Positions 1 to 8,248 of a DNA stretch of 56,316 bases are shown in pieces (the first letter of the stretch is position 1; every line of letters starts with the position of its first letter). The notes under the pieces are model-generated. The model was not told where the DNA came from, did not search any database, and saw nothing but the letters and a program-made list of their open reading frames with translations. The stretch lies in the NCBI GenBank assembly GCA_041495865.1, contig JBGQDL010000003.1, positions 1 to 56,316 of the forward strand. Direction: 5' to 3'. The stretch comes from Thermoanaerobaculia bacterium (lineage in GTDB: Bacteria > Acidobacteriota > Thermoanaerobaculia > UBA5066). A program made the position numbers and the translations under genes.

Positions 1-1
1 C

Positions 2-181
2 TGGCAGGTGCCTGACCGCGCGACGTCCGAGCTGATGAGGCACTTCTACGAAGGAGTCCTCAAGCAGGGCCTTCGGCCGGCAGCGGCCCTCCGGGCGGCC
101 CAGATCGCGATTCGGCGCGAGAAGCGATGGGCGTCGCCGTACTACTGGGCCGCGTTCACGCTGCAGGGGGACTGGAACTGA
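2..181 (+). CDS. CHAT-domain protein, 3' end only (truncated by window edge)
   Basis: Frame 2 reads WQVPDRATSELMRHFYEGVLKQGLRPAAALRAAQIAIRREKRWASPYYWAAFTLQGDWN*, the typical CHAT C-terminus, clearly paralogous to the end of the next gene. Confidence 0.9.
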   Translation, partial: WQVPDRATSELMRHFYEGVLKQGLRPAAALRAAQIAIRREKRWASPYYWAAFTLQGDWN

Positions 182-186
182 CGCCG

Positions 187-3100
187 ATGAATCAAACTGC
201 CTGTCCTTCGGATGGTCTTGTGCTCAATACTCACCTGGTTCCGCGTTCGCCACGGCCTCATCGTGTCGCTGCGCTCGCGCTGCTGAGCCTCCTGGGCTCG
301 CACTTCGTGCGGGCGGACATTCCGCTCCCCGAAGGCTCTCTTCTTCCTGGGGCAAAACAGTCGTTTCCCGTCGCGGTCCAGGGCGGGCAGTTTCTGCGTG
401 TGGAGCTCGAAGTCAACGGCCGCGACTTCGAATTGTCCATCCTCGGGATCGCTGGCGAGAAGCTCGCCTCGGCGCGAAACATGGTTCGCGAACCGAGACC
501 TCTGGCCGTCTCTTTGATTGGCGTAACCGCGGGCGAATACCGGGTGGAACTCAGCCTGCCCGAGAAAGGCGCCACCACGCCGGCGAGCTACCGGTGCCGC
601 GTGACCGGCCCGCGTGCCACCGCGCCCGGCGATGAAAAGCGCGTGGCGGCGGACAGCGCTTACGCCGCGGCTGATGACATCCGCGCCGACGGCTCCAAGG
701 CCTCTCGGCTGAAGGCGATCGAGATGTATCAGCAGGCGTTGGGCCTGTGGCAGGCGATCGGCGATCGGAGCGGCGAGGCCGCGGCGCACGCCTCCCTGGG
801 CTACTCGTTCTTCCAGTTGGGCAACCTCGAGCCGGCTCAGGAGCACTTCGAGCAGGCCCTCCGCGGCTGGCAATCGCTGAACGACCCGGCGCGCCAAGTC
901 GAGTGCCTGACGGTCCGCGGCATGGCTTACATCAATGCCGGCGATTTGCGGGAGGCAGAGGCTTCCATGCAGGCGGCCTTGCGGCTCGTCGGTCCACTCG
1001 GAGACCCTTACCGCGAGGCCCTCGTGTACCACGGCCTCGGCGGGGTGCGCGCCGATTCCGGCGATCTCACCGAGGCACAGGAATTGTATCGCCGGGGGGC
1101 GGCGCTCGCCGAAAAAGTTGGTAACCGGCACCGGCAAACGATGTTGCTGGGCGGCTATGCCCGGGTCCTGCGAGTTCAGGGAGACCAAGTGGAGTCTCTC
1201 GAGATCCTGAGCGGCATCTTACCCTTCTATCGCGAAGCGGGCGACCGCCGCGGGGAGATGTATTCACTCAACGGAATCGGCGTGGCGCATCAGTGGCTGG
1301 GCCACACCCAGCAGGCTCTCGAAGCCTACCGCCAGGCTTTGGAACTGAGCCGGTCTGTGGGCGACACGGTGATGGAAAACGCAGCGCTTTCGAACGTGTG
1401 CCAGATGTACGTGGAGACGGACGATCCGGAACGAGCGCTCGAGTGCTTCAACCAGTGCATCACCCAAAGCCGGGCGAATCATCAGCCCGCGGAGGAAGCC
1501 AGGAACTTGAAGGAGGCCAGCAAAGTCTACAACAGGCTGGGGTCGCCCACAAAAGCCCTGGAATACTGCACTCGTGCGTTGAGCCTCCTCCAGAACCTCG
1601 ACAATCCAATCGCGGAAGGTGATATCAGGACGACCATCGGCGACGCTTATGTCCGGCTCGGCCAACCGCGCAAAGCCCTGGAGTTCTATGGTGCGACCAT
1701 CGACATGTATCGCGCCGATGGACGGCCGTTTTGGGAGGTGGAAGCGCTGGCGTCGCAGGGCGAAACCCTCGTGTCGCTGGGCGAAACCGCCGGAGCCTCG
1801 GAAGCGCTCGGGCGGGCGCTTGCCCAGCTTCGCGGCCTGAACCCGGACAACCTGGAAGCGGATGTTCTCATCGATCTCGCTCAAATTGCCGCGTCCGAGA
1901 ACCGGGTCACAGAAGCAAAGGCCCGGATTGACGCGGCGCTGGCGGCGACCGAGTCGTTCCGCGGCGGGATCGCCGGGGCAGACCAGCGCTCTTCGTTTCT
2001 GGCGAAGCACTTTTCGGTGTACGAGGCCGCCATCGACGTATTGATGGAACTCCACCGCCGGGAGCCCACCCAGGGCTTCGCGGCGCAGGCGTTCGAGATC
2101 AGCGAGCGCGCGCGGGCACGCAGCCTTCGCGATCTCCTCGGCGAGTCCCGCGCCGGCATTCGGTCGGGCGTCGCGCCCGAGCTCCTCAAGGAGGAGGGGT
2201 CTGTGGGCGACCGGCTGGCCGCGAAGGCCCGCTATCGCCTGGAGGTCCAGGGCGGACCTCACACCGAAGCCCAGACGGCCACGCTCGATCGGGAGCTGCG
2301 CACCCTGGCCGATGCCTACGCCGGCGTCCAGGCTCGCATACGGGCGAGCAGTCCCGCTTACGCGGGTCTCACACAGCCTCGAACGCTCTCGCTGTCACGC
2401 GTTCAACAGGAGCTTCTCGACGAGGACACGATGCTGCTCGAGTATTCGCTGGGCGGTCAGCGCAGTGTGCTCTGGGCGGTGACGAAGACCTCCTTCGCCG
2501 TGTACGAACTGCCCGGCCGGAGGCAGATCGAAGAGCTGGCGCGGCGGGCGTATCAGCAGATGATCAGAAAGGTTCCACAGGAAAAGGCCGACGCTGCGCA
2601 GGCTCTGAGCCGTGTCTTGTTGGGTCCCGTCGCGCGGCAGTTGGGCAGTCGCCGACTGGTGGTGGTGGCCGATGGAATCCTGCAGTACATTCCCTTCGCG
2701 GCGCTGACGGGCCGAGGGGGCGCGCCGCTGAGCGCTGGCCACACCGTCGCCTACCTGCCCTCGGCTTCCACGTTGGCGCTTCTTCGAGAGGGGATTGAGG
2801 GACGCAAGCCTGCGCCGAAGCTCGTCGCGGTGCTGGCCGACCCCGTTTACACGCGCGACGATCCGCGCGTCCATGGCGCGACGCCCGCCGCGGCGCCGGT
2901 TCACACGTCCGAAAGCCTGGAGAGGTCGGCCAAGGACACGGGTCTCCTCGAGTTCGGCCGCCTCTATTCCACGCGCAACGAGGCCAAAGCCATCCTCGGC
3001 CTGGCGGAGCCGAGCGAGCGACTTTCGGCCCTCGACTTTCAGGCCAGCCGCGAAACCGCCACCAGCGCGTCCCTGAGCCAGTACCGCATCGTGCACTTCG

Positions 3101-3531
3101 CCACCCATGGTCTGCTCAATTCCCGGCAGCCCGCACTCTCGGGTCTGGTCCTGTCGCTGGTCACGGCGAAGGGCGCGCCCGCCAACGGCTTTCTGCAGGC
3201 GTACGAGATCTACAATCTGAAACTCGGGGCGGACCTGGTGGTTCTGAGCGCCTGCCAGACGGCGCTGGGCAAGGAGGTGCGCGGAGAAGGGCTGCTCGGC
3301 CTGACGCGCGCGTTCATGTACGCCGGCGCTCCACGCGTCGTCGCGACACTGTGGCCGGTGCCCGATGTCGCCACCGCGGAGCTGATGAAGCGCTTCTACC
3401 GCGCCATGCTCGTGGACCACGTGGCTCCGGCGGCGGCCTTGCGGCTGGCACAGGAGTCGCTGCGCCATGAAGCCCGTTGGTCGGCTCCGTATTACTGGGC
3501 CGGGTTCACGCTGCAGGGGGACTGGAACTGA
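187..3531 (+). CDS. TPR-repeat CHAT (caspase-like, clan CD) protease, probably exported
   Basis: Hydrophobic N-terminal segment (VAALALLSLLG), small beta domain, long TPR array, CHAT domain with intact HFATHG and VLSACQT motifs; start taken at ATG 187 after the upstream stop. Confidence 0.92.
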   Translation: MNQTACPSDGLVLNTHLVPRSPRPHRVAALALLSLLGSHFVRADIPLPEGSLLPGAKQSFPVAVQGGQFLRVELEVNGRDFELSILGIAGEKLASARNMVREPRPLAVSLIGVTAGEYRVELSLPEKGATTPASYRCRVTGPRATAPGDEKRVAADSAYAAADDIRADGSKASRLKAIEMYQQALGLWQAIGDRSGEAAAHASLGYSFFQLGNLEPAQEHFEQALRGWQSLNDPARQVECLTVRGMAYINAGDLREAEASMQAALRLVGPLGDPYREALVYHGLGGVRADSGDLTEAQELYRRGAALAEKVGNRHRQTMLLGGYARVLRVQGDQVESLEILSGILPFYREAGDRRGEMYSLNGIGVAHQWLGHTQQALEAYRQALELSRSVGDTVMENAALSNVCQMYVETDDPERALECFNQCITQSRANHQPAEEARNLKEASKVYNRLGSPTKALEYCTRALSLLQNLDNPIAEGDIRTTIGDAYVRLGQPRKALEFYGATIDMYRADGRPFWEVEALASQGETLVSLGETAGASEALGRALAQLRGLNPDNLEADVLIDLAQIAASENRVTEAKARIDAALAATESFRGGIAGADQRSSFLAKHFSVYEAAIDVLMELHRREPTQGFAAQAFEISERARARSLRDLLGESRAGIRSGVAPELLKEEGSVGDRLAAKARYRLEVQGGPHTEAQTATLDRELRTLADAYAGVQARIRASSPAYAGLTQPRTLSLSRVQQELLDEDTMLLEYSLGGQRSVLWAVTKTSFAVYELPGRRQIEELARRAYQQMIRKVPQEKADAAQALSRVLLGPVARQLGSRRLVVVADGILQYIPFAALTGRGGAPLSAGHTVAYLPSASTLALLREGIEGRKPAPKLVAVLADPVYTRDDPRVHGATPAAAPVHTSESLERSAKDTGLLEFGRLYSTRNEAKAILGLAEPSERLSALDFQASRETATSASLSQYRIVHFATHGLLNSRQPALSGLVLSLVTAKGAPANGFLQAYEIYNLKLGADLVVLSACQTALGKEVRGEGLLGLTRAFMYAGAPRVVATLWPVPDVATAELMKRFYRAMLVDHVAPAAALRLAQESLRHEARWSAPYYWAGFTLQGDWN

Positions 3532-3536
3532 CACCG

Positions 3537-4130
3537 ATGAGCCGCGACGACGCGTCCCCGGGGACCCCGGCGGAGCTTGTCCGGAGAATCCGCGCGGGAG
3601 ACGCCGCCGCGGAGAGCGAGCTCGTCTCGAGGTACGGACGCGGTGTGGCCATCCTCATCCATCGCGCGAGCAGCGACGCCTCGGCCGTCGACGACCTTTG
3701 CCAGCAGACGTTTCAGATCGCCCTCGAGAAAATCCGCGGGGGAGACGTTCGCGAGCCGGAGAAGCTCTCCGGGTTCATCTGCGCTCTGGCGCGGAACCTC
3801 GTCATCGACCATTTCCGGAGGGCGGCGGCGCATCGATTCCCGGGCTCCGTCGAGGGAAGCCTGGCAGCCGATCCGGCCCCCGGCCCGCTCGAGAGCCTGC
3901 TCAGGGTCGAGAAGGCGTCGATCGTGAGGCGCGTGCTCGCGGAGCTTCCGTCGGAACGCGATCGTGAGATCCTGTTTCGCTTCTACATCGCCGAAGACGA
4001 AAAGGACTCGATCTGCCGCGACCTTGGGCTGACGAGCCTCCACTTCAACCGAGTCCTCTTCCGGGCTCGCGAGCGATACCGGGAACTGTACGAAGAGACG
4101 ACGAGAAAGAACGTGAAGGAGCCGGGATAA
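3537..4130 (+). CDS. ECF-type sigma-70 factor
   Basis: ELVRRIRAGDAAAESELVSRY, DDLCQQTF, ARNLVIDHFRR (region 2); LAELPSERDREIL...FNRVLFRARERY (region 4). Confidence 0.9.
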   Translation: MSRDDASPGTPAELVRRIRAGDAAAESELVSRYGRGVAILIHRASSDASAVDDLCQQTFQIALEKIRGGDVREPEKLSGFICALARNLVIDHFRRAAAHRFPGSVEGSLAADPAPGPLESLLRVEKASIVRRVLAELPSERDREILFRFYIAEDEKDSICRDLGLTSLHFNRVLFRARERYRELYEETTRKNVKEPG

Positions 4131-4159
4131 TGGGCGCGCGAAACCCACCTTCAGGTGAG

Positions 4160-4939
4160 ATGGATCACGAGTTCGTCCAAGGGAATCAGATTCCAGACCG
4201 CTATCGGATGGGAAAGCTTTCGGTCGAGGAGAGACTCCAGTTCGAGGAGCATTTCCTCGATTGCCCGATCTGTCTCGAGCACCTCGAATCGCTCGAAGGG
4301 CTGAGGGTCGGCCTGAAAGAGCTGTCACGAGAGAGGACGGCCGCGGCCGGGCCGGGGCGTTTCCCTCGCGTCCGCCCCCGACGTGGATATCGCTTGATCG
4401 GCCTTCTCGCGGCGGCGTGTCTCGCCGTGGCGGTCCTTCTGCCCGCCCTCTTCTTCGGCGAGCTCCGCCGAACGAGGGGCGAGCTGGAAAGTGTTCGAAG
4501 ATCTTTCGACGAAGCGCAGCGAGACAAGATCGAGCTGACCCGGGTACTGGAGCGTGAACGAGCGGCGGGAGCGAGCGCCGCCGGCGCCGTCGCGCCCCTC
4601 GCGGCCTCCGTATTTACCCTGAACCTGACGAGAGGAGCCGCCACTGAAGTACCTGACGACCGGATCGTCCTTCGGGATCCCAAGGAGTGGGTCATCCTCC
4701 TTCTCGACCGGCCCGATCGGTCGAGCTTCGAGAGCTACCGGGCGAGGATCTCGACGGCCGATCGGCGCCCGATCGGAGACGCGCTCACGGCGAGCGCGGC
4801 CTCGGGCGACATGCTCGCCGTGGGCCTCCCCCCCGGGCTTCTCCCGGCGGGCGACTACGTCCTGACCCTCGAAGGACTCGGAGCCGGGTCCGTCAAGGAC
4901 CTCGCGACGTATCGCTTCCGCGCGGTCCTCCGGAAGTAG
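4160..4939 (+). CDS. zf-HC2 (ZAS) membrane anti-sigma factor
   Basis: FEEHFLDCPIC = HxxxCxxC; one TM helix (LIGLLAAACLAVAVLLPALFFG); coiled coil; C-terminal extracytoplasmic beta domain; directly follows the sigma gene. Start could be 4130 or 4160. Confidence 0.85.
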   Translation: MDHEFVQGNQIPDRYRMGKLSVEERLQFEEHFLDCPICLEHLESLEGLRVGLKELSRERTAAAGPGRFPRVRPRRGYRLIGLLAAACLAVAVLLPALFFGELRRTRGELESVRRSFDEAQRDKIELTRVLERERAAGASAAGAVAPLAASVFTLNLTRGAATEVPDDRIVLRDPKEWVILLLDRPDRSSFESYRARISTADRRPIGDALTASAASGDMLAVGLPPGLLPAGDYVLTLEGLGAGSVKDLATYRFRAVLRK

Positions 4940-5020
4940 CCGGCTGAGATAGTTCCGACCGGTCCTCCACTCTGAAGACAACTGAGTCTCAGTAAGGGAG
5001 GACCAGATGATGTCCGGACG
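4940..5020 (+). repeat. Copy 1 of duplicated promoter/palindrome/RBS/start cassette
   Basis: ccggctgagatagttccgaccggtcctccactctgaagacaactgagtctcagtaagggaggaccagatgatgtcc is nearly identical to 6405-6490. Confidence 0.92.
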
Positions 5021-6389
5021 CACCCTGACTCGGGTCGCAGTCGGTCTTGGCTTCGCACTGCTCGGGCTCGGAAGTCGCGCCGCGCAGGCCCAAGTCGTCA
5101 CCGAGTTCAGCGCCGGCATTACCCCCGGCGCGAACCCCGAGGGCATCACGGTCGGCCCCGATGGCAACCTGTGGTTCGCGGAGGGTATCGGCAACCGGAT
5201 CGCGAGGATTACCCCGCTCGGAGTGGTCACCGAGTTCAGCGTCGGCATCACCGCCGGTGCGCACCCCCGAGACATCACGGCCGGCCCCGATGGCAACCTA
5301 TGGTTCACGGAGGGTCTCGACCGGATCGGGCGCATTACTCCGCTCGGAGTCATCACCGAGTTCAGCGCCGGCATCACGGCCGGCGCGAGCCCTAAGGACA
5401 TCACGGCTGGCCCCGATGGCAATCTGTGGTTCACGGAAGATCTCCGAAAGGCGATCGGGCGCATCACGCCGCTCGGAGCCGTCACCGAATTCACAGCCGG
5501 CTTTACCGCCGGCGCGGTCCCCCCCAGGAGCATCACGGTCGGCTCCGATGGCAACCTGTGGTTCACGGAAGCCAACAGCGGACGGGTCGGGCGGATTACT
5601 CCGCTCGGAATCATCACCGAGTTCAGCGGCGGCATCACCCTCGGCGCGAGCCCCGGGGACATCACGGCCGGCCCCGATGGCAATCTGTGGTTCACGGAAA
5701 TTACAGGCGACCGGATCGGACGGATTACTCCGCTCGGAGTGGTCACCGAGTTCAGCGCCGGAATCACGAACGGTGCGACCCCCGTGGGCATCATGGCCGG
5801 CCCCGACGGCAACCTATGGTTCACGGAAAACAATGGCAACCAGATCGGGCGGATTACTCCGCTCGGAGTCGTCACCGAGTTCAGCGCCGGCATCTCTGCC
5901 GGTGCGTTCCCGTTCGAAATCGCGGCCGGCCCCGATGGCAGCCTGTGGTTCACGGAAACCATTGGCAACCGGATCGGGAGAATCACAACGGGTGTCGTCG
6001 CCGGGACAAGCAGCTTTTTCTCCCTTCCTCCGTGCAGGGTGCTGGACACGAGGAACCCGACGAGCCCGCTCGGTGGGCCGCCTCTCCAGCCGGCCGGGTC
6101 GCCGGACAGGGCCTTCGTCGTGACCTCTACGTGTGGGATCCCGGCAGATGCCGCCGCCATCTCCGTGAACATGACCGTGACCAACGTCGCAGGAGACGGC
6201 TTTCTCTCGGTCTATCGCGGAGACGGCATTCGCACCGGCACCTATTCAATCTCCTTCGGGAAGGGCCAGACGCGGGCAAACAACGCCATCCTGCAACTGG
6301 CACTCGACGGGTCGGGCTCGTTCAAGGTTCAAAACTCCGCGGCCGGGACCCTCGACTTCATCCTGGATGTGAACGGCTTTTTCAGGTGA
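5007..6389 (+). CDS. Secreted Vgb-like (streptogramin lyase fold) beta-propeller protein with C-terminal PCRxxDTR domain
   Basis: Signal peptide ending AQA-Q; seven ~42-aa repeats P..IT.GPDGNLWFTE...RIGRITP.G..TEF; C-terminal PPCRVLDTR...CGIP...ILDVNGFFR. Confidence 0.88.
   Translation: MMSGRTLTRVAVGLGFALLGLGSRAAQAQVVTEFSAGITPGANPEGITVGPDGNLWFAEGIGNRIARITPLGVVTEFSVGITAGAHPRDITAGPDGNLWFTEGLDRIGRITPLGVITEFSAGITAGASPKDITAGPDGNLWFTEDLRKAIGRITPLGAVTEFTAGFTAGAVPPRSITVGSDGNLWFTEANSGRVGRITPLGIITEFSGGITLGASPGDITAGPDGNLWFTEITGDRIGRITPLGVVTEFSAGITNGATPVGIMAGPDGNLWFTENNGNQIGRITPLGVVTEFSAGISAGAFPFEIAAGPDGSLWFTETIGNRIGRITTGVVAGTSSFFSLPPCRVLDTRNPTSPLGGPPLQPAGSPDRAFVVTSTCGIPADAAAISVNMTVTNVAGDGFLSVYRGDGIRTGTYSISFGKGQTRANNAILQLALDGSGSFKVQNSAAGTLDFILDVNGFFR
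5095..5990 (+). repeat. Seven intragenic tandem repeats of about 126 bp (propeller blades)
   Basis: Recurrent ggccccgatggcaacctgtggttcacgga and cggattactccgctcggagt. Confidence 0.9.
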
Positions 6390-6404
6390 GCTGGGGAATC
6401 ATCG

Positions 6405-6490
6405 CCGGCTGAGATAGTTCCGCCCGGTCCTCCACTCTGAAGACGAAGGAACTGAGTCTCAGTAAAGGAGGACCAAATGATGTCCGAACG
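6405..6490 (+). repeat. Copy 2 of duplicated promoter/palindrome/RBS/start cassette
   Basis: ccggctgagatagttccgcccggtcctccactctgaagacgaaggaactgagtctcagtaaaggaggaccaaatgatgtcc. Confidence 0.92.
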
Positions 6491-6824
6491 CATCTCGACG
6501 AGAGCGGCCGCCCGCGCTGCAGGTCCATGGCTGCTCGCTGCACTTCTCTTCGCTGCGCCGGCAGCAGTCGCCGCGCTCGGGGACGGAACCGATCCCGATT
6601 GCGGCGCGGCCGAGCCCTGCGCGGTGATGTCCCCGTCGCCGCATTCCAGTTCCTCGGCAGGCGCTCGAGGATCGGCGCGCGACCGCGAGTCGTCTGTCCG
6701 GGCTGGGAACCGGAGAGCAGCGCGGAAAGCGAAGGCGGCGAAAAAGGCCACTCCGTCGAGTCCGACCCTCGTCGCGACGGATGCGTCGACCACAGCAAAT
6801 CTCGGTAAAGGGAGGACCAAATGA
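6477..6824 (+). CDS. Small exported low-complexity protein (signal peptide, Cys pair, basic tail)
   Basis: Strong SD aaaggagg; signal peptide paralogous to that of the next gene; ATGA overlap with the next gene. Confidence 0.55.
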   Translation: MMSERISTRAAARAAGPWLLAALLFAAPAAVAALGDGTDPDCGAAEPCAVMSPSPHSSSSAGARGSARDRESSVRAGNRRAARKAKAAKKATPSSPTLVATDASTTANLGKGRTK

Positions 6825-8245
6825 AGACAGAACGCGTCTCGACGAGAGTGGCCGGCCACGCCGCCGGTTCCTGGCTGAACGCGACGCTCCTCTTCGCAGC
6901 GCTGACAATCGCGTGGATCGCCTCCGGCGAGAGTAGGCACGACTTCCTCGAGCCGTTCGTGAACCCGACCGGCGCTGCCCGGACCTTCTCGACCGCGGGC
7001 CGCATCGACACGGACAACCCCTTCTTCCTGGACCTGGGCACGAACGGGCGCACGTGCTTCACGTGCCATCGCCCCGACACCGGGTGGTCCATCACGCCGG
7101 GGGGCGTGCGGGAGCGCTTCGAGGCCACCGCCGGGCTCGACCCGATTTTCCGCACGAACGACGGCTCCAACTCGCCGAATGCCGACGTGGTGACCGTCGA
7201 GGCACGTCGAAGCGCCTATAGCATGCTCCTGAGCAAGGGCCTCATCCGGGTCGGCATCGGCATTCCGGCCGACGCCGAGTTCACGCTCGAGGCGGTAGAC
7301 GATCCTTACGGGTTCGCGAGCAGCCACGAGCTCTCTCTCTTCCGGCGTCCCCTCCCGTCCACGAATCTGGCTTTCCTCAGCACAGTCATGTTCGACGGCC
7401 GCGAGACGTTCCCGGGGCAGACGATCGCGTTCGACCTCGCGGACCAGGCGAATGGCGCCACGTTGGGACACGCCCAGGCGAGCGTCCCGCTCTCGACCGA
7501 GCAGCGCGAGCAGATCGTGGACTTCGAGACGGGGCTGTTCACGGCCCAGGTCTACGACGTCGCCGCCGGAGATCTCGGCAGTCAGGGGGCGAAGGGCGGA
7601 CCGAAGGCTCTCTCGAAGCAGGATTTCTTCCTCGGGATCAACGACCCGCTGGGGCTGAATCCCAAGGGAATCCCGTTCAGCCCGATCGTCTTCACCGACT
7701 TCGCAGCCTGGGCCAGGCTCAAGAGCAGCCACGGGGATGACGCCGACGAGGAGCACGAGGGACGTTCCGCGGCGCGGCTGGCCGTGGCGCGGGGCGAGGA
7801 GCTGTTCAACGGCAAGCGGATCAACATCACGGGAGTGAAGGGCCTCAACGACGACCTGGGCGTCGTGAGCATCCCGGGCACGTGCGGCACGTGTCACGAC
7901 TCGCCGAACGTCGGCAATCACTCGGTAGCGGCGCCGCTCGACATCGGCCTCGCCGACGCCTCGCGCCGGACGCCTGACATGCCCCTCTATACCCTGAAGA
8001 ACAAGGCCACGGGACAGACCGTTCGGACGACCGATCCCGGGCGAGCCCTCATCACCGGCAAGTGGAAACACATCGGCCGGTTCAAGGGACCGATCCTGCG
8101 CGGCCTCGCGGCCCGGGCGCCCTACTTCCACAACGGCTCGGCTGCCGCGCTCACCGACGCGGTCCGGTTCTACGACGAGCGCTTCGGGATCGGGCTGACG
8201 GAAGGAGAGATCTCGGACCTCGCCGCGTTCCTGCGGGTCCAGTGA
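6821..8245 (+). CDS. Di-heme cytochrome c peroxidase-like (bCcP/MauG family) protein
   Basis: Two heme motifs CFTCH and CGTCH; MFDGRE, DPGRALITG, FKGPILRGLAARAPYFHNGSA, DLAAFL. Confidence 0.88.
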   Translation: MKTERVSTRVAGHAAGSWLNATLLFAALTIAWIASGESRHDFLEPFVNPTGAARTFSTAGRIDTDNPFFLDLGTNGRTCFTCHRPDTGWSITPGGVRERFEATAGLDPIFRTNDGSNSPNADVVTVEARRSAYSMLLSKGLIRVGIGIPADAEFTLEAVDDPYGFASSHELSLFRRPLPSTNLAFLSTVMFDGRETFPGQTIAFDLADQANGATLGHAQASVPLSTEQREQIVDFETGLFTAQVYDVAAGDLGSQGAKGGPKALSKQDFFLGINDPLGLNPKGIPFSPIVFTDFAAWARLKSSHGDDADEEHEGRSAARLAVARGEELFNGKRINITGVKGLNDDLGVVSIPGTCGTCHDSPNVGNHSVAAPLDIGLADASRRTPDMPLYTLKNKATGQTVRTTDPGRALITGKWKHIGRFKGPILRGLAARAPYFHNGSAAALTDAVRFYDERFGIGLTEGEISDLAAFLRVQ

Positions 8246-8248
8246 CGT

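Noticed and set aside
127-186. ORF-track starts at 127 and 3477 (MGVAVLLGRVHAAGGLELTP / MVGSVLLGRVHAAGGLELTP)
   Set aside because: These are alternate-frame readings of the duplicated CHAT 3' ends; the likely starts are 187 and 3537.
187-4939. Type III-E CRISPR (Craspase) locus
   Set aside because: No Cas7-11, Csx30/31 or array in the window; the CHAT looks exported and the anti-sigma is a ZAS membrane protein.
5095-5990. Regular DNA repeats as a possible CRISPR array
   Set aside because: The repeats are in-frame ~126-bp coding units without unique spacers, and no cas genes are present.
5007-6389. Streptogramin resistance gene vgb
   Set aside because: Signal peptide, near-identical blades and an extra C-terminal domain indicate only a shared fold.
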